A DNA stretch of 64,000 nucleotides from Phoronis australis (taxonomy: Eukaryota > Animalia > Phoronida), in the NCBI GenBank assembly GCA_002633005.1, contig NMRA01000478.1, forward strand, positions 253,594 to 317,593. Reading direction: 5' to 3'. Each line of letters starts with the position of its first letter. Position 1 is the stretch's first letter. A program made the position numbers and the translations under genes. The notes under the pieces are model-generated. The model saw nothing but the letters and a program-made list of their open reading frames with translations. It made no database searches and was not told the origin of the DNA. Of the stretch, positions 62,801-64,000 are shown piece after piece.

Positions 62801-64000
62801 GTGGAATATGCGTCGTTATCCAAACCTCCGGAAATTGTGCCAAATGGGTTGACAGAAACGAGTGTTCGAATAAAAATTCCCCTGTGGAGAACCGGTGACG
62901 TTGGTGACAACCCTCCATCGCAATACTTCGTCCGGCTGAAGGACGAGGACAACGGACAAGTGTTACGGTTCCTCTCCTTCTCGCATTCGGCAGTCCAGAG
63001 TAAAGAAATTACCATGGCTCTTCCATCTGCAGTCCGAAGAGCGATTATAACTGTGGAGCCAGTGACAAGAGAAACTAACACTCAAATGCAGTACGACGTT
63101 TTGCATCTGGGTGCTGCTGTGTCGCTGCTTGTAGGTTAGATGAATCCGAGTTTCTTTGTAATGACACGTTTTTAAAGAGTTACACGATATCAGCTGAATT
63201 AAATCAAGACGTTTTTGACAAAAAATTGAAAACTGGATGTCGTTTGGTCTTTAAATTTAGGTAACCATAGGGCTCTAGTCCTGGAATGCCAACTGCCGCA
63301 CGTGACCTATGCATTCTATTGTTAGAACTTGGTACCCCGAGACTAGCCACGAGAGTTTGCACTGTAAATTTCAGGCAGTCTGGTCGACTGAGTTTTGGTC
63401 GAGTGTTGTAGTTATCAAATCAAGCCAGATTTCATTGCTTCATTTTCATTTCGTCTTCTTTGTTCATCAAGCGAGACTCTTGAGGTACAATTAGTCAACA
63501 AGACCGACAATTACATTGGTCATTGTTTATACGCACCGAACTGTGGCCCAGTCTCGATGACAGGAATCATCTGACCTGTGATATCTATTCAGCTCCAGTC
63601 TTAGAACTACTTTTGACAACCTATTAAACTACATGCTAGGACTTTTTCAACGAGAGATTTTTGAATGTTAAAATCATGTTACTGTGTTTTACCCGAGAAA
63701 ATATAGTAGAAATGATATTGAATCGAGATGTGATACAAAAGACATTTTCCGGTTCCATAAACCTGAACAGTTTGTCATACTTCTGTAAAGAGAGTTCGTG
63801 ACTGCTCTGACGCTAGTAGCAATAAGTGTGCTACCTCGAGCGACTATCTCATCAACAATACAAAATTGTGTATTTGTTTGTAGGAGACCCTAAGACAGAT
63901 CTCGTGGTTATAGTCGTGCCGATTGTAATGGGGGTTCTCTTACTATTGTTTGTTGCCGTCGGAGTTTACTTTTGTATCAAACGAAAACGGAACAATCACG
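59891..64000 (+). CDS. Type I membrane protein, 5' partial: signal peptide, one FN3-like domain, TM; cytoplasmic part lies beyond the window
   Basis: Exon 59891-59957 (MACFIAVAFLIVLAFSEENANA, phase 1), exon 62799-63134 (PPEIVPNGLTETSVRIKIPLW...GDNPPSQYFVRL, phase 1-1) and exon from 63884 (GDPKTDLVVIVVPIVMGVLLLLFVAVGVYFCIKRKR, a TM with basic stop-transfer). Confidence 0.75.
60805..60850. repeat. (TTGTA)n pentanucleotide microsatellite
   Basis: Direct reading, about 9 units. Confidence 0.95.

Noticed and set aside
2466-64000. TLR, protease and FN3 receptor as one functional immune cluster (e.g. the protease cleaving the TLR loop)
   Set aside because: Proximity in animal genomes is not evidence of shared function. 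Two unrelated genes lie between them and nothing in the sequence links them.

Overview
Eukaryotic DNA from an AT-rich invertebrate draft assembly (spliceosomal GT-AG introns, one 392-N gap, isolated Ns). The gene families suggest a lophotrochozoan or similar marine animal, but this is inference. By hand-splicing I reconstruct five genes. (1) A single-coding-exon Toll-like receptor (+, 2466-5165). (2) The mitochondrial metalloprotease ATP23 (-, 6 exons, 19249-27795). (3) FAM221A (+, 8 exons, 28088-32716), head-to-head with ATP23 across 292 bp. (4) A secreted reprolysin/ADAMTS-like M12B metalloprotease (-, 15 exons, 37299-55393, about 1132 aa) with an unusual layout: very short propeptide, furin site, about 620 aa Arg-rich then Thr-rich insert, catalytic domain, Cys-rich domain, two PLAC-like modules and no TSP1 repeat. 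(5) The 5' part of a type I membrane protein with one FN3-like domain (+, 59891 to window end). Non-coding DNA holds many MITE-like hairpins and two families of Helentron/HINE-like elements. Their internal ~140-150 bp subunits carry periodic CTCF-like motifs (a trimeric higher-order repeat) or RFX X-box-like motifs. Nearly all short ORFs in the supplied track are noise or exon fragments. No novel system is proven. The best leads are the protease architecture, the atypical TLR and the motif-bearing repeat arrays. No database searches were run; family calls rest on recalled motifs.
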